NCBI GenBank assembly: GCA_041657405.1
Contig: JBBABX010000002.1
Span: 108,915 to 172,914 of the forward strand
DNA length: 64,000 nt
Source of the DNA: Minisyncoccota bacterium
Lineage (GTDB): Bacteria; Patescibacteriota; Minisyncoccia; Phycocordibacterales; XYD1-FULL-46-19
Reading direction: 5' to 3'
The notes below the pieces were generated by a model. It was not told the DNA's origin, made no database searches, and saw nothing but the letters and a program-made list of their open reading frames with translations. Of this stretch, positions 49,819 to 58,695 are shown one piece after another; the stretch's first letter is position 1; each line of letters opens with the position of its first letter. Both the position numbers and the translations under genes were made by a program.

Positions 49819-50640
49819 ATGAGTAATTCATTTTCAGAAAGACAAAAAATAATTGAGGTAAAAAGTCTAGATCTTCAAGACATGCCCATTGAAGTTAAGA
49901 ACAGGCTTTGGAATATTATTCAAGATTATATTGATAATAAATATCACGAGGGTCATGACCGTAACTTAATTATTGAATCTATTTGGGATAAATTTTTTAA
50001 ACAAAATAAAAATGATCTATGGGGTCAAACTAGTTATAGATAAAAATATATGGATTATTACCTAGGTCAAATTCAAGAGAGGTTTTATAAACTTGAGTGG
50101 AATCGCACCTATGATTTTTTGGAATTTATAATTTCTTCTGATAATTATGATCAGCGTAGAAATAATCTTGTCTGGCAGTTAAATCAGGTTTTTGATGAAG
50201 AAAAAATACCTTACAAAATAATTGATGGTCAAGTAACCCCACTAATTTCTGAGGAAGAATTAGAAGAGATTGATACAGCCCTAAACAGTAAGTATGATTT
50301 AGTCTCCAATCATCTAAGAAGGGCCCTCGAGTACTATAAAAAGAGACCAGAAGCCGACTATAAGAATTCAATAAAAGAATCAGTAAGTGCCGTCGAAGCA
50401 TTAGCGAAAATATTATTGAATAATCCACAAGGCACCTTAGGTAAACTTGCTGATGATCTAAACATTCACAGTGCTCTTAAGGAAGCTATAAAGAAAATAT
50501 ACGGATGGACTTCAGATGAGGGTGGTATAAGACACTCAGAAAAGAATGGACAAAAAAGTGTCGATATTGCTGAGGCTAGATATATGCTTGTCCATTGTTC
50601 CGCTCTTGTAAACTTTCTGATTTCAAAATATGAAAACTAA
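49819..50640 (+). pseudogene. AbiJ-NTD4-like protein interrupted by an in-frame TAA
   Basis: FSER...NRLWN N-terminus; TAA at 50041-50043; same frame continues ...W...YDFLE...NSIKESVSAVE...YGWTSDEGGIRH. Confidence 0.7.
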
Positions 50641-51841
50641 TTGGCAAACAAAAAAACTCGGTGAGATTTGTGATATAGAGATTGGTAAAACCCCATCTCG
50701 ATCAAATAAAAAACTGTGGGATATTGAGAAAACAACTAAGAATGTCTGGTTGTCCATAAGAGATCTTTCAAATGCGGAAGATGGAATTATCTCTGATAGT
50801 AGAGAATATGTTTCTGATAAAGCTGCATCATCTTTATCGCTTGTTGAAAAGGGTACATTGTTGGTCAGCTTCAAACTCACTCTTGGCCGACTGGCATTTG
50901 CTGGTAAAGATTTATATACGAATGAGGCGATTGCTGCGCTAAATATTAAGGATGAAAAAGAAATATCTAGAGAATATCTATATCAGTATTTAAGTTATTT
51001 TGATTGGGATGCTGCAACAAAAGGTGATGTGAAAGTAAAAGGAAAAACTCTCAATAAAGCTAAATTAAAGGAAATTGAAATAGTATATCCACCACTCCCC
51101 GAACAAAAAAGGATAGTAAAAACTCTTGATGAGACATTCAAAAAACTAGAAAAAGCAAAAGAAATTACAGAAAAGAATTTAAGGAATTCAAAAGAGCTTT
51201 TCGACTCTTACTTGCAGGGAGTTTTCAATAGTCCAAATAGTAATTGGAAAGAGAAACGACTTGAGGAACTAGGCCAGATTACTTCTAGTAAGAGAATTTA
51301 CAAAAAAGAATACGTCACTCATGGTATTCCTTTTTACAGAATAAAAGAAATTAAAGAGCTTGCTCATGATAAAAAAATAACGATTGAGCTGTATATTTCA
51401 AAAGATAGATACAAAGAAATAAAGAATATTTTTGGTATACCCAAAGAGGGAGATATCTTAATGACAGCTGTGGGAACTATTGGTGAAATTTATGTGGTGA
51501 AAAAAGATGAGGAGTTTTACTTTAAAGATGGAAATATTCTCTGGTTTAAAAACTTCGATACTGTAGATCCAAATTTTCTAAAATATGCACTGATTTCCTT
51601 TGTTGAACAAATCAATAATCTTTCTAAAGGTTCTGCTTACAGTGCCCTAACGATAGAAAAAATCGAAAAACATAAGATATTTATACCTACTGACATAAAA
51701 GAACAAAAATCTATTGTTAAAAAACTCGACCATCTTTCTGAACAAACAAAAAATCTCGAATTAATTTATCAAAAGAAAATTTCTGCTATCGAGGAATTGA
51801 AAAGATCCATCCTAAGCAAAGCCTTCTCAAAGGGACTATAG
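50630..51841 (+). CDS. hsdS: type I R-M specificity subunit
   Basis: W...KLGE, two TRDs, PPLPEQKRIV and EQKSIV conserved regions. Confidence 0.93.
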   Translation: MKTNWQTKKLGEICDIEIGKTPSRSNKKLWDIEKTTKNVWLSIRDLSNAEDGIISDSREYVSDKAASSLSLVEKGTLLVSFKLTLGRLAFAGKDLYTNEAIAALNIKDEKEISREYLYQYLSYFDWDAATKGDVKVKGKTLNKAKLKEIEIVYPPLPEQKRIVKTLDETFKKLEKAKEITEKNLRNSKELFDSYLQGVFNSPNSNWKEKRLEELGQITSSKRIYKKEYVTHGIPFYRIKEIKELAHDKKITIELYISKDRYKEIKNIFGIPKEGDILMTAVGTIGEIYVVKKDEEFYFKDGNILWFKNFDTVDPNFLKYALISFVEQINNLSKGSAYSALTIEKIEKHKIFIPTDIKEQKSIVKKLDHLSEQTKNLELIYQKKISAIEELKRSILSKAFSKGL

Positions 51842-51843
51842 TA

Positions 51844-54171
51844 TTGTATAATGTCAAGCATATGAACGAAGCAGAAACTAGAGCTGAATATATTGATCCG
51901 AAGCTAAAAGAATCTGGCTGGGGTGTCATCGAAGGATCCAAAGTCCTTCGAGAATTTCGTATATCTCCAGGGAAAATTCAAATCGGTGGTGCTCTACAAA
52001 AACCTGAAATTGCAGACTATGTCTTGGTATATAAAAACCGTAAGCTTGCGATTGTAGAAGCAAAGAAAGAGTCACTTGAATATACAGAAGGTGTTGCTCA
52101 AGCAAAGACATATGCTGGTAAACTTCAGATTGCTTATACATACTCTACAAATGGTCACGATATCTATGAGATAGGAATGCAAACAGGTCTCGAGGGACCA
52201 GTGAATAAATTTCCAACACCGGATGAACTCTGGGATAAGACTTATTCAGATCAAAATGCTTGGAAAGAAAAATTTACCAATGTCCCATTTGAAGACGTAA
52301 ACGGGAGTAAGAATGCTCGCTACTATCAAGAGATTGCCGTTAATCGTGTTATGGACGCTGTGGCAGAAGATAAGAAAAGAGTGTTGCTGACACTTGCAAC
52401 AGGTACGGGAAAAACTTTTATTGCTTTCCAAATTGCGTGGAAACTATTCCAGAGCAGATGGAATCTATCAAAAGACGGTGAAAGACGACCTCGTATACTT
52501 TTCCTAGCTGATAGAAACATACTTGCTGATCAAGCATTTAATGCCTTCGGTGCTTTTCCAGAAGATGCTTTGGTTCGTATAACTCCAAATGACATTCGTC
52601 GTAAAGGTGAGGTCCCAATGAACGGCAGTATCTTCTTTGCTATTTTCCAAACATTTATGAGCGGTCCAAATGACACTCCTTACTACGGTGATTATCCTTC
52701 AGACTATTTTGATTTCATTATTATTGATGAGTGTCACCGCGGTGGTGCAAATGATGAATCTAATTGGCGAGGTATTCTTGAATACTTCTCTCCTGCGGTC
52801 CAACTAGGTCTTACAGCTACTCCAAAACGAAAAGATAATACAGACACATATAAATATTTTGGTGATCCAGTCTATATATACTCTCTTAAGGAAGGTATAA
52901 ACGATGGATTCCTTACACCGTTCAAAGTCAAAAGAATCAAAACAACGCTTGATGAGTACATCTACACATCAGACGACATGATTGTTGAAGGTGAAGTAGA
53001 AGAAGGAAAGGTTTACAAAGAGGATGATTTTGCTCGTGGAAATATAAAAATTATTGAGCGAGAGGAATTTCGTGTTAAGACATTTTTGAAAGAAATAAAT
53101 CAAAATGAAAAAACTATCGTATTTTGTGCTACACAAGGTCATGCGCTTCTTGTTCGTGATTTGATAAATAAACATAAAGAAAATAAAGATCCAAATTATT
53201 GTCAGCGTGTTACTGCAAATGATGGTTTTCTTGGTGAACAATATCTAAGAGAGTTTCAAGATAACGAAAAGACCATCCCGACAATTTTGACTACATCACA
53301 AAAACTTTCTACAGGAGTAGATGCACGAAACATTCGAAATATTGTACTTATGCGACCAGTCAACTCAATGATTGAGTTTAAACAAATAGTTGGACGTGGC
53401 ACGAGACTGTTTGATGGTAAAGAATATTTCACAATTATAGATTTTGTAGATGCATATCATCATTTCCTAGATCCTGAATGGGATGGCGAACCGATTGATC
53501 AAACCACTGAAGAGGTTGAGCCGAAAGAACCAAAAGAGCCTAAGGAACCGAGAGAACCCGGACCAACACCTGAGCCACCAGAAGAACAACCAAGGAAGTT
53601 GAAAATCAAACTTCGTGATGGTAAAGAAAGAGAAATACAACATATGGTCCAAACATCTTTTTGGAGTGCTGATGGTAGACCAATTTCTACTGAAGAATTT
53701 TTGAATAATCTTTATGGAACCTTGCCTGATTTATTTAAAGATGAAAAACAATTAAGAGATATTTGGTCAAATCCACAAACTCGAAAGACTCTACTTGATA
53801 AACTTGGTGAACTTGGATATGGAAAAGATCAGCTTGAATCTATTCAAAAAATTATAAACGCTGAGAATAGTGATTTGTTCGATGTGCTTGGATATATTGC
53901 ATTTGCATTACAGCCTATTACTCGTGCAGAGAGAATTCAAAATACAAAGTACGACATCTTGGATGGTTTAGATGAAAAACATCGTGAGTTTATTGAATTC
54001 GTATTAGCTAAATATCAAGAGAGAGGTGTTGAAGAATTAGATGAAGAAAAACTCCCACAATTACTCAATCTCAAATATCACGCTATTTCTGATGCCGAGA
54101 AAAAACTTGGCGGAGTTAAATTGATCAGATCAAATTTCTTTACCTTTCAAAAGCATCTTTATTCAAAATAA
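51844..54171 (+). CDS. hsdR: type I R-M restriction subunit (EcoAI/EcoEI-like)
   Basis: ADY...VEAK nuclease, ATGTGKT, DECHRG, LTATP, QIVGRGTR; start may be ATG 51862. Confidence 0.93.
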   Translation: MYNVKHMNEAETRAEYIDPKLKESGWGVIEGSKVLREFRISPGKIQIGGALQKPEIADYVLVYKNRKLAIVEAKKESLEYTEGVAQAKTYAGKLQIAYTYSTNGHDIYEIGMQTGLEGPVNKFPTPDELWDKTYSDQNAWKEKFTNVPFEDVNGSKNARYYQEIAVNRVMDAVAEDKKRVLLTLATGTGKTFIAFQIAWKLFQSRWNLSKDGERRPRILFLADRNILADQAFNAFGAFPEDALVRITPNDIRRKGEVPMNGSIFFAIFQTFMSGPNDTPYYGDYPSDYFDFIIIDECHRGGANDESNWRGILEYFSPAVQLGLTATPKRKDNTDTYKYFGDPVYIYSLKEGINDGFLTPFKVKRIKTTLDEYIYTSDDMIVEGEVEEGKVYKEDDFARGNIKIIEREEFRVKTFLKEINQNEKTIVFCATQGHALLVRDLINKHKENKDPNYCQRVTANDGFLGEQYLREFQDNEKTIPTILTTSQKLSTGVDARNIRNIVLMRPVNSMIEFKQIVGRGTRLFDGKEYFTIIDFVDAYHHFLDPEWDGEPIDQTTEEVEPKEPKEPKEPREPGPTPEPPEEQPRKLKIKLRDGKEREIQHMVQTSFWSADGRPISTEEFLNNLYGTLPDLFKDEKQLRDIWSNPQTRKTLLDKLGELGYGKDQLESIQKIINAENSDLFDVLGYIAFALQPITRAERIQNTKYDILDGLDEKHREFIEFVLAKYQERGVEELDEEKLPQLLNLKYHAISDAEKKLGGVKLIRSNFFTFQKHLYSK

Positions 54172-54176
54172 GAAAA

Positions 54177-55457
54177 TCAAGTAACCTTAATTGTCTTATT
54201 CTTCAAAACAAGCTCACTACTGATACATTCCAAGATAGATCTTTGCTCTAGCGGAGATCCTTCTTTCAGTACAAATTTTGTATAATCCTTTAGATCAATA
54301 GGTTCTATTTTCTCTGTCTTTTTCTTGCCCAAAAACATTGCTTGTAGCTTCTTAAACTTTTGAATTTCAACATCAAGCTTTGCAGTGAGTTTAACCTTGT
54401 TTATGTTCAAAGTATCAACCATATTAAGTAGTGATTCGATAAGTTCAGTTTCGTTCAGTGCAGGATTTTTACAATTCCTGTCTTTGGCTTTTGTGCATCG
54501 GTAATACACATGCCGATTAACTCCACCATTCAGCAACTTCTTAAACTTTTCATCCGCAGTAATACCTGATCCACAAACTCCACATTTCATAATTCGCGTA
54601 AAAGCAAATTCTTTACCTTGAGATTTAATAACTTGTGACTTGATAGAGTTTCTTGTCTCGTCAAACAATTCTTTAGAGATAATAGGTTTATGTTTTCCCT
54701 CATACCAAACACCTGATCCTTGTGGGAACTCAAAGCGACCATAGTAGAAAGTATTATTTATAATCTTGAATACATTTCCTAAACTTAGATGAAAACCTCT
54801 GTGAGTTTTAAAATCAAGATCATACCGTAACCATGCGTGTACTTTTGATACACTCCATTTTTCATAACTAATCTTCTCAAATATTTGTCGTATGGTATCA
54901 GCTCGTTCTGGATCAATTTCTACCTCACACTTTGCTAATCGTTGATTAGGCTTTCTATATCCTGTTGGTGGTTGTACTGGCCATAATCCCATTTCGCACC
55001 TAGCTCTCATACCACGCTTTACATTGATACTTTTATTATCGTTTTCGAGTTTTGCCTGACTACAAAGGATCATTAGCAGGAACTTATCACTTGGTGAATT
55101 AGAAAAAGTCTGACCAAAAGTTTTGATCTGAATTAGTTTCCTTTGATCCATTCTATCTACAAGTTTTCCGAGGTCACCTGCATTACGAGAAAGTCGATCA
55201 GGTGCCCATGTGATTATTCCGTTGAATATCCCCGTGTCGATATCTTTTACGATTTCCTCAAATACAGGTCTTTGTCCAGATTCTTTTGCAGAGTGGGATT
55301 CCTTGCGGATCTCAACAATGGTGAGATTTTCACGCTCGGCAATCTGCTTCATTTCTTTGATTTGAGAATCAATAGAAAGTGCTTGCTTTTCCTCTGCTTC
55401 GGTTGACTTACGAGCGTATAAGCAATACTTCATTTGGCTTTGTTCAACTTCTGTCAT
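54177..55457 (-). CDS. large serine recombinase (catalytic + recombinase + zinc ribbon)
   Basis: YARKS, S...Q, DRLSRN, H.PIIS, CGVCG...YYRC. Confidence 0.93.
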   Translation of the reverse strand: MTEVEQSQMKYCLYARKSTEAEEKQALSIDSQIKEMKQIAERENLTIVEIRKESHSAKESGQRPVFEEIVKDIDTGIFNGIITWAPDRLSRNAGDLGKLVDRMDQRKLIQIKTFGQTFSNSPSDKFLLMILCSQAKLENDNKSINVKRGMRARCEMGLWPVQPPTGYRKPNQRLAKCEVEIDPERADTIRQIFEKISYEKWSVSKVHAWLRYDLDFKTHRGFHLSLGNVFKIINNTFYYGRFEFPQGSGVWYEGKHKPIISKELFDETRNSIKSQVIKSQGKEFAFTRIMKCGVCGSGITADEKFKKLLNGGVNRHVYYRCTKAKDRNCKNPALNETELIESLLNMVDTLNINKVKLTAKLDVEIQKFKKLQAMFLGKKKTEKIEPIDLKDYTKFVLKEGSPLEQRSILECISSELVLKNKTIKVT

Positions 55458-55610
55458 ATATATATTAATGACGCAGATCAGCTCTTTTGCTAAGCACTCA
55501 ATCGTTGGTAACTTGTTGGTAACTTCCTCTGTTATTTTAAGGTTCTGCGATAGAATGGTCGTTGAATAATAGGGTCGAAAATGTTATTATTTGTTTACAA
55601 CTAAATCAGT

Positions 55611-55785
55611 AGCCTAAACCATTGCTTCGGCAGTGGCATGGTGAATTAAGTCCGTTGAAGATAAAGAACCCATCATGTGGGGTTTGTCTTCCAAGGCCGT
55701 ATCGGGAAACTGGTACGGAGGGTTTAAACCCTCAACCTATGTGGTGGGCTTTTTGTTTCTCTACATAGGATTATTAATCCTAACC
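55611..55785 (+). ncRNA. candidate structured RNA / leader
   Basis: UUCG- and GAAA-capped hairpins plus further stems with G-U pairs, upstream of the GIY-YIG gene. Confidence 0.5.
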
Positions 55786-55793
55786 TTGAGAAA

Positions 55794-56396
55794 ATGAACG
55801 AAATAATTTATATCCTCATAAATGAAGCGATGCCTGGTTATGTGAAGATAGGTAAAACTTCCACAAGTTTAGAACAACGAATCCGAGAGTTAAGTTCTTC
55901 AACAAGTGTTCCTATCCCGTTTACATGTTTCTATGCTTGTACAGTAAAAAGTGCAACATTTGTTGAACAGCAACTACACGATGCATTCGATGACAGTCGT
56001 ATAAATCCACGAAGAGAATTCTTTCATATTTCACCAGAACGAGTGGTAGCCGCACTTAAACTTGCAGAGATAGAGAACATCACCCCAAAGAGAGACTTTG
56101 TAGAATCTAAGGAAGATCAAGAAGCCTTGAATCAGGCCCGCACACGACGATCTAAATTTAATTTTAGTATCGTGAATATTCCAGTCGGAGCTGAACTTGT
56201 GTTCAGTCGAGATGAAAATATTAAGGCTCGAGTTGTTGATAATAATGCAGTTGAGTTTAATGGAGAGATAACTAGCCTTTCTACTTCTGCTCAAAAGATA
56301 CTTGGCTACGATTACGGAGTGGCTGGAACAGACTACTGGATGTATGAAGACGAAACACTTGATGAACGGAGAAGAAGAATTGAGACAGAGGAATAG
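55794..56396 (+). CDS. GIY-YIG (T5orf172-type) protein with a C-terminal extra domain
   Basis: IYILIN.AMPG.VKIG.T....RI.EL...VP.PF, E..LH..F...RINP.REFF. Confidence 0.85.
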   Translation: MNEIIYILINEAMPGYVKIGKTSTSLEQRIRELSSSTSVPIPFTCFYACTVKSATFVEQQLHDAFDDSRINPRREFFHISPERVVAALKLAEIENITPKRDFVESKEDQEALNQARTRRSKFNFSIVNIPVGAELVFSRDENIKARVVDNNAVEFNGEITSLSTSAQKILGYDYGVAGTDYWMYEDETLDERRRRIETEE

Positions 56397-56409
56397 AATT
56401 CATTTCTAG

Positions 56410-56994
56410 CTACATTGATGGAATATCAGACTCTTTAGGTTTTTTTATCTTTGGTGGCTTTTTTCCAGTTTTTTCGTATTCTTTCATCCATTCCTCAAAT
56501 ATTTCCTGTGCTCTATATTCATTCGGCTTATTAAGAACACCTCTCCATTTATCCAGAAATTCCACCGCATTTTTTCCTGCTTGTTCTTGTTTTTTCTTTT
56601 CTTCTTCTGTAACAGTGTTTCGTATATTCTGCTCGATTTCGCGTTGTCTAACCCCTTCCATTGTGGAACGGAAATGCGTGATCAAATCATCAGAATCAAC
56701 TTTGAACACATATGGTCTTCTGAAATCAGGGTGCTTATGACTTAACCAATACTTTGTATACATGGTGTCTTTTCTCTTGATACCTTCAAGTACATTACTA
56801 AGAGCAACATCACTAACAAGACCGACACCAAGCGACATAGCTTCATTTATTCGAACGAGAAATTTATGATCCTCTTTCATCCAGCGATAGAAAGTATTTC
56901 TTGAAATACCAATCTTATCACAAGCGATCTGAATGACTGGTGTTTTCTCAATCTCTTCCGCGAGTTTATTAAGCAGTGCCTGTGTCTTTTTCAT
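56410..56994 (-). CDS. HTH protein resembling phage terminase-small-subunit-like HTH proteins
   Basis: ACDKIGISRNTFYRW..ED..F; overlaps the MTase stop. Confidence 0.55.
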   Translation of the reverse strand: MKKTQALLNKLAEEIEKTPVIQIACDKIGISRNTFYRWMKEDHKFLVRINEAMSLGVGLVSDVALSNVLEGIKRKDTMYTKYWLSHKHPDFRRPYVFKVDSDDLITHFRSTMEGVRQREIEQNIRNTVTEEEKKKQEQAGKNAVEFLDKWRGVLNKPNEYRAQEIFEEWMKEYEKTGKKPPKIKKPKESDIPSM

Positions 56995-58252
56995 AAATCG
57001 CCTTACAACCTGTCAGCTTCTCGTACCTACATACGATCAAGTCACAGAAAACTTCAGAAAGCTCGCACCCATACACCCTTCGACCAAGAGCTTGCGCAGA
57101 AATAAGAGTGCTACCCGAACCAAGAAAGCTGTCCAGAATGATGTCATGGGGCTTCGTACAGCGTTTTATGGCTTTCTCATGGAGCTGTGGAGGTTTAGAT
57201 GTTGCATGTTCGTATTCCTTTGCAGGCAATCGTTTAGCCATCCAAACATCGTTAATTTCTTCAAGTAAGTCATTACCAGTACTTAATTCTTTATTAAGAA
57301 CCTCATTGAGATTTTTAATATTTGAAAGGTATGGTTTTCCACGAATACCGTATACAACAGGCTCATATACTTTATTAAACGCCACAGACGGAACGGGGTT
57401 CTGATTGTTTTTTAACCATAAACACACTCGTTTGTTGGCAATACCTAAAGAGCGATATAGATCCTGAACTACTCCGATATACACCTGATCACACCAGTAA
57501 AATACATGAGTATCTTTATTTGAAACAGCGAGAGCGGCCTCCATGCTGTCTTTCAAAAACTTTTTATACTCATCAAAACTTCTAGTGTCATTCACATTTC
57601 CACCATAATCTTTCTTGCCTCCAATACCACCATCGTAGTCTACGGAAATGTTATAAACTGGATCGCTATAGATCATGCTTGCTCGGTCATTACCAAGCAG
57701 ACGAACAAGGTTGTTTTTATCCGTAGAATCTCCACAAAGGATGCGATGATTTCCGAGAATGATAATGTCACCAAGTTTAGTTTTTGGATTCTTGATTTTC
57801 TTTAGTTCTTTTTCGACATCAAAATCGTCTCCCGTAACTTCTTTTTTGGTGTCCATAAGTTCGCCGATTTCAATCGGGTCGAAACCTGCAAACTCCAACG
57901 TCTCGAAATCGAATGATTTGAGTAAACCAAAATCCCAATCACCGCCAAGCTTATTGGAAGCGATCAAGTACTCTTTTGATTCCTTTTCCGTAAGCTTACG
58001 GTTGGGTACACGAATATCAATAAGCTCTTCACCTCGACCGATGAGTTGCAGAGCTTTTATTCGCTGATGACCAGCGAGAATTGTGCCGTCTTTGTCGACA
58101 GCGGGTATCTCAACAAGGTTATACTTCTTGAGACTTCTAGTAAGATCCGACATTTGCTTGTCGGTAATAACACGAGGATTGATCTTTTGAGGGATAAGAT
58201 CATTAACCCGTTTTTGGACTGTAGTCCAAGATAGTTTTTTCATAAGTAACAA
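56969..58252 (-). CDS. ParB-like N-terminal domain + N4/N6 DNA methyltransferase
   Basis: NPR...ILAGHQR; HRILCGDST, SDPVYN, HATSKP, DSFLGSGST. Confidence 0.88.
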   Translation of the reverse strand: MLLMKKLSWTTVQKRVNDLIPQKINPRVITDKQMSDLTRSLKKYNLVEIPAVDKDGTILAGHQRIKALQLIGRGEELIDIRVPNRKLTEKESKEYLIASNKLGGDWDFGLLKSFDFETLEFAGFDPIEIGELMDTKKEVTGDDFDVEKELKKIKNPKTKLGDIIILGNHRILCGDSTDKNNLVRLLGNDRASMIYSDPVYNISVDYDGGIGGKKDYGGNVNDTRSFDEYKKFLKDSMEAALAVSNKDTHVFYWCDQVYIGVVQDLYRSLGIANKRVCLWLKNNQNPVPSVAFNKVYEPVVYGIRGKPYLSNIKNLNEVLNKELSTGNDLLEEINDVWMAKRLPAKEYEHATSKPPQLHEKAIKRCTKPHDIILDSFLGSGSTLISAQALGRRVYGCELSEVFCDLIVCRYEKLTGCKAIYEKDTGTA

Positions 58253-58341
58253 CGATAAAAAAGCTGATAAATTTTGCCATAAAAATTTAAAATACCGATG
58301 ACTGTCAGTATTTTTGCTTGTTACTTAAACTCTCCTAGTGC

Positions 58342-58389
58342 TACAGATGTCCAAAAACATCTGTACTATCAGTTTATCAATTTGATAAA
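58342..58389. promoter_or_regulatory. two inverted repeats in the divergent intergenic region
   Basis: TACAGATGT-N6-ACATCTGTA (58342-58365) and TTTATCAA-T-TTGATAAA (58373-58389). Confidence 0.5.
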
Positions 58390-58410
58390 TTATGTCAAGC
58401 AAGTTATACT

Positions 58411-58674
58411 GTGGATATGTCAAAAAAGATAACTTTTAACGATCTTGATAAAGATATTGGACAAAAAATTAAAGATTGTCGTTTAGAAGCAGGATATTCT
58501 CAAACAAATCTTGCGAGACTTTTAAAATACGAAACACCTACTGCTATTTCACTGATTGAAAGTGGAGAGAGAAGCTTAAAGATTCATGATCTCATTATTC
58601 TCTGTCAGCTTTTTATGAAAAACTACGAATACTTCTTAGATAAACCCGATACTCATAAAATGGTCGAGAAATAA
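58411..58674 (+). CDS. XRE-family HTH regulator
   Basis: IG.KIK..R...GYSQ..LA..L......ISLIESGER. Confidence 0.88.
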   Translation: MDMSKKITFNDLDKDIGQKIKDCRLEAGYSQTNLARLLKYETPTAISLIESGERSLKIHDLIILCQLFMKNYEYFLDKPDTHKMVEK

Positions 58675-58695
58675 AAGTATAACTTTAAACAGTAT

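Noticed and set aside
53515-53590. EPKEPKEPKEPREP repeat in hsdR
   Set aside because: Proline-rich linkers before the C-terminal domain are ordinary in this HsdR family
56410-58674. Intact prophage
   Set aside because: No large terminase, portal, capsid, tail or lysis genes
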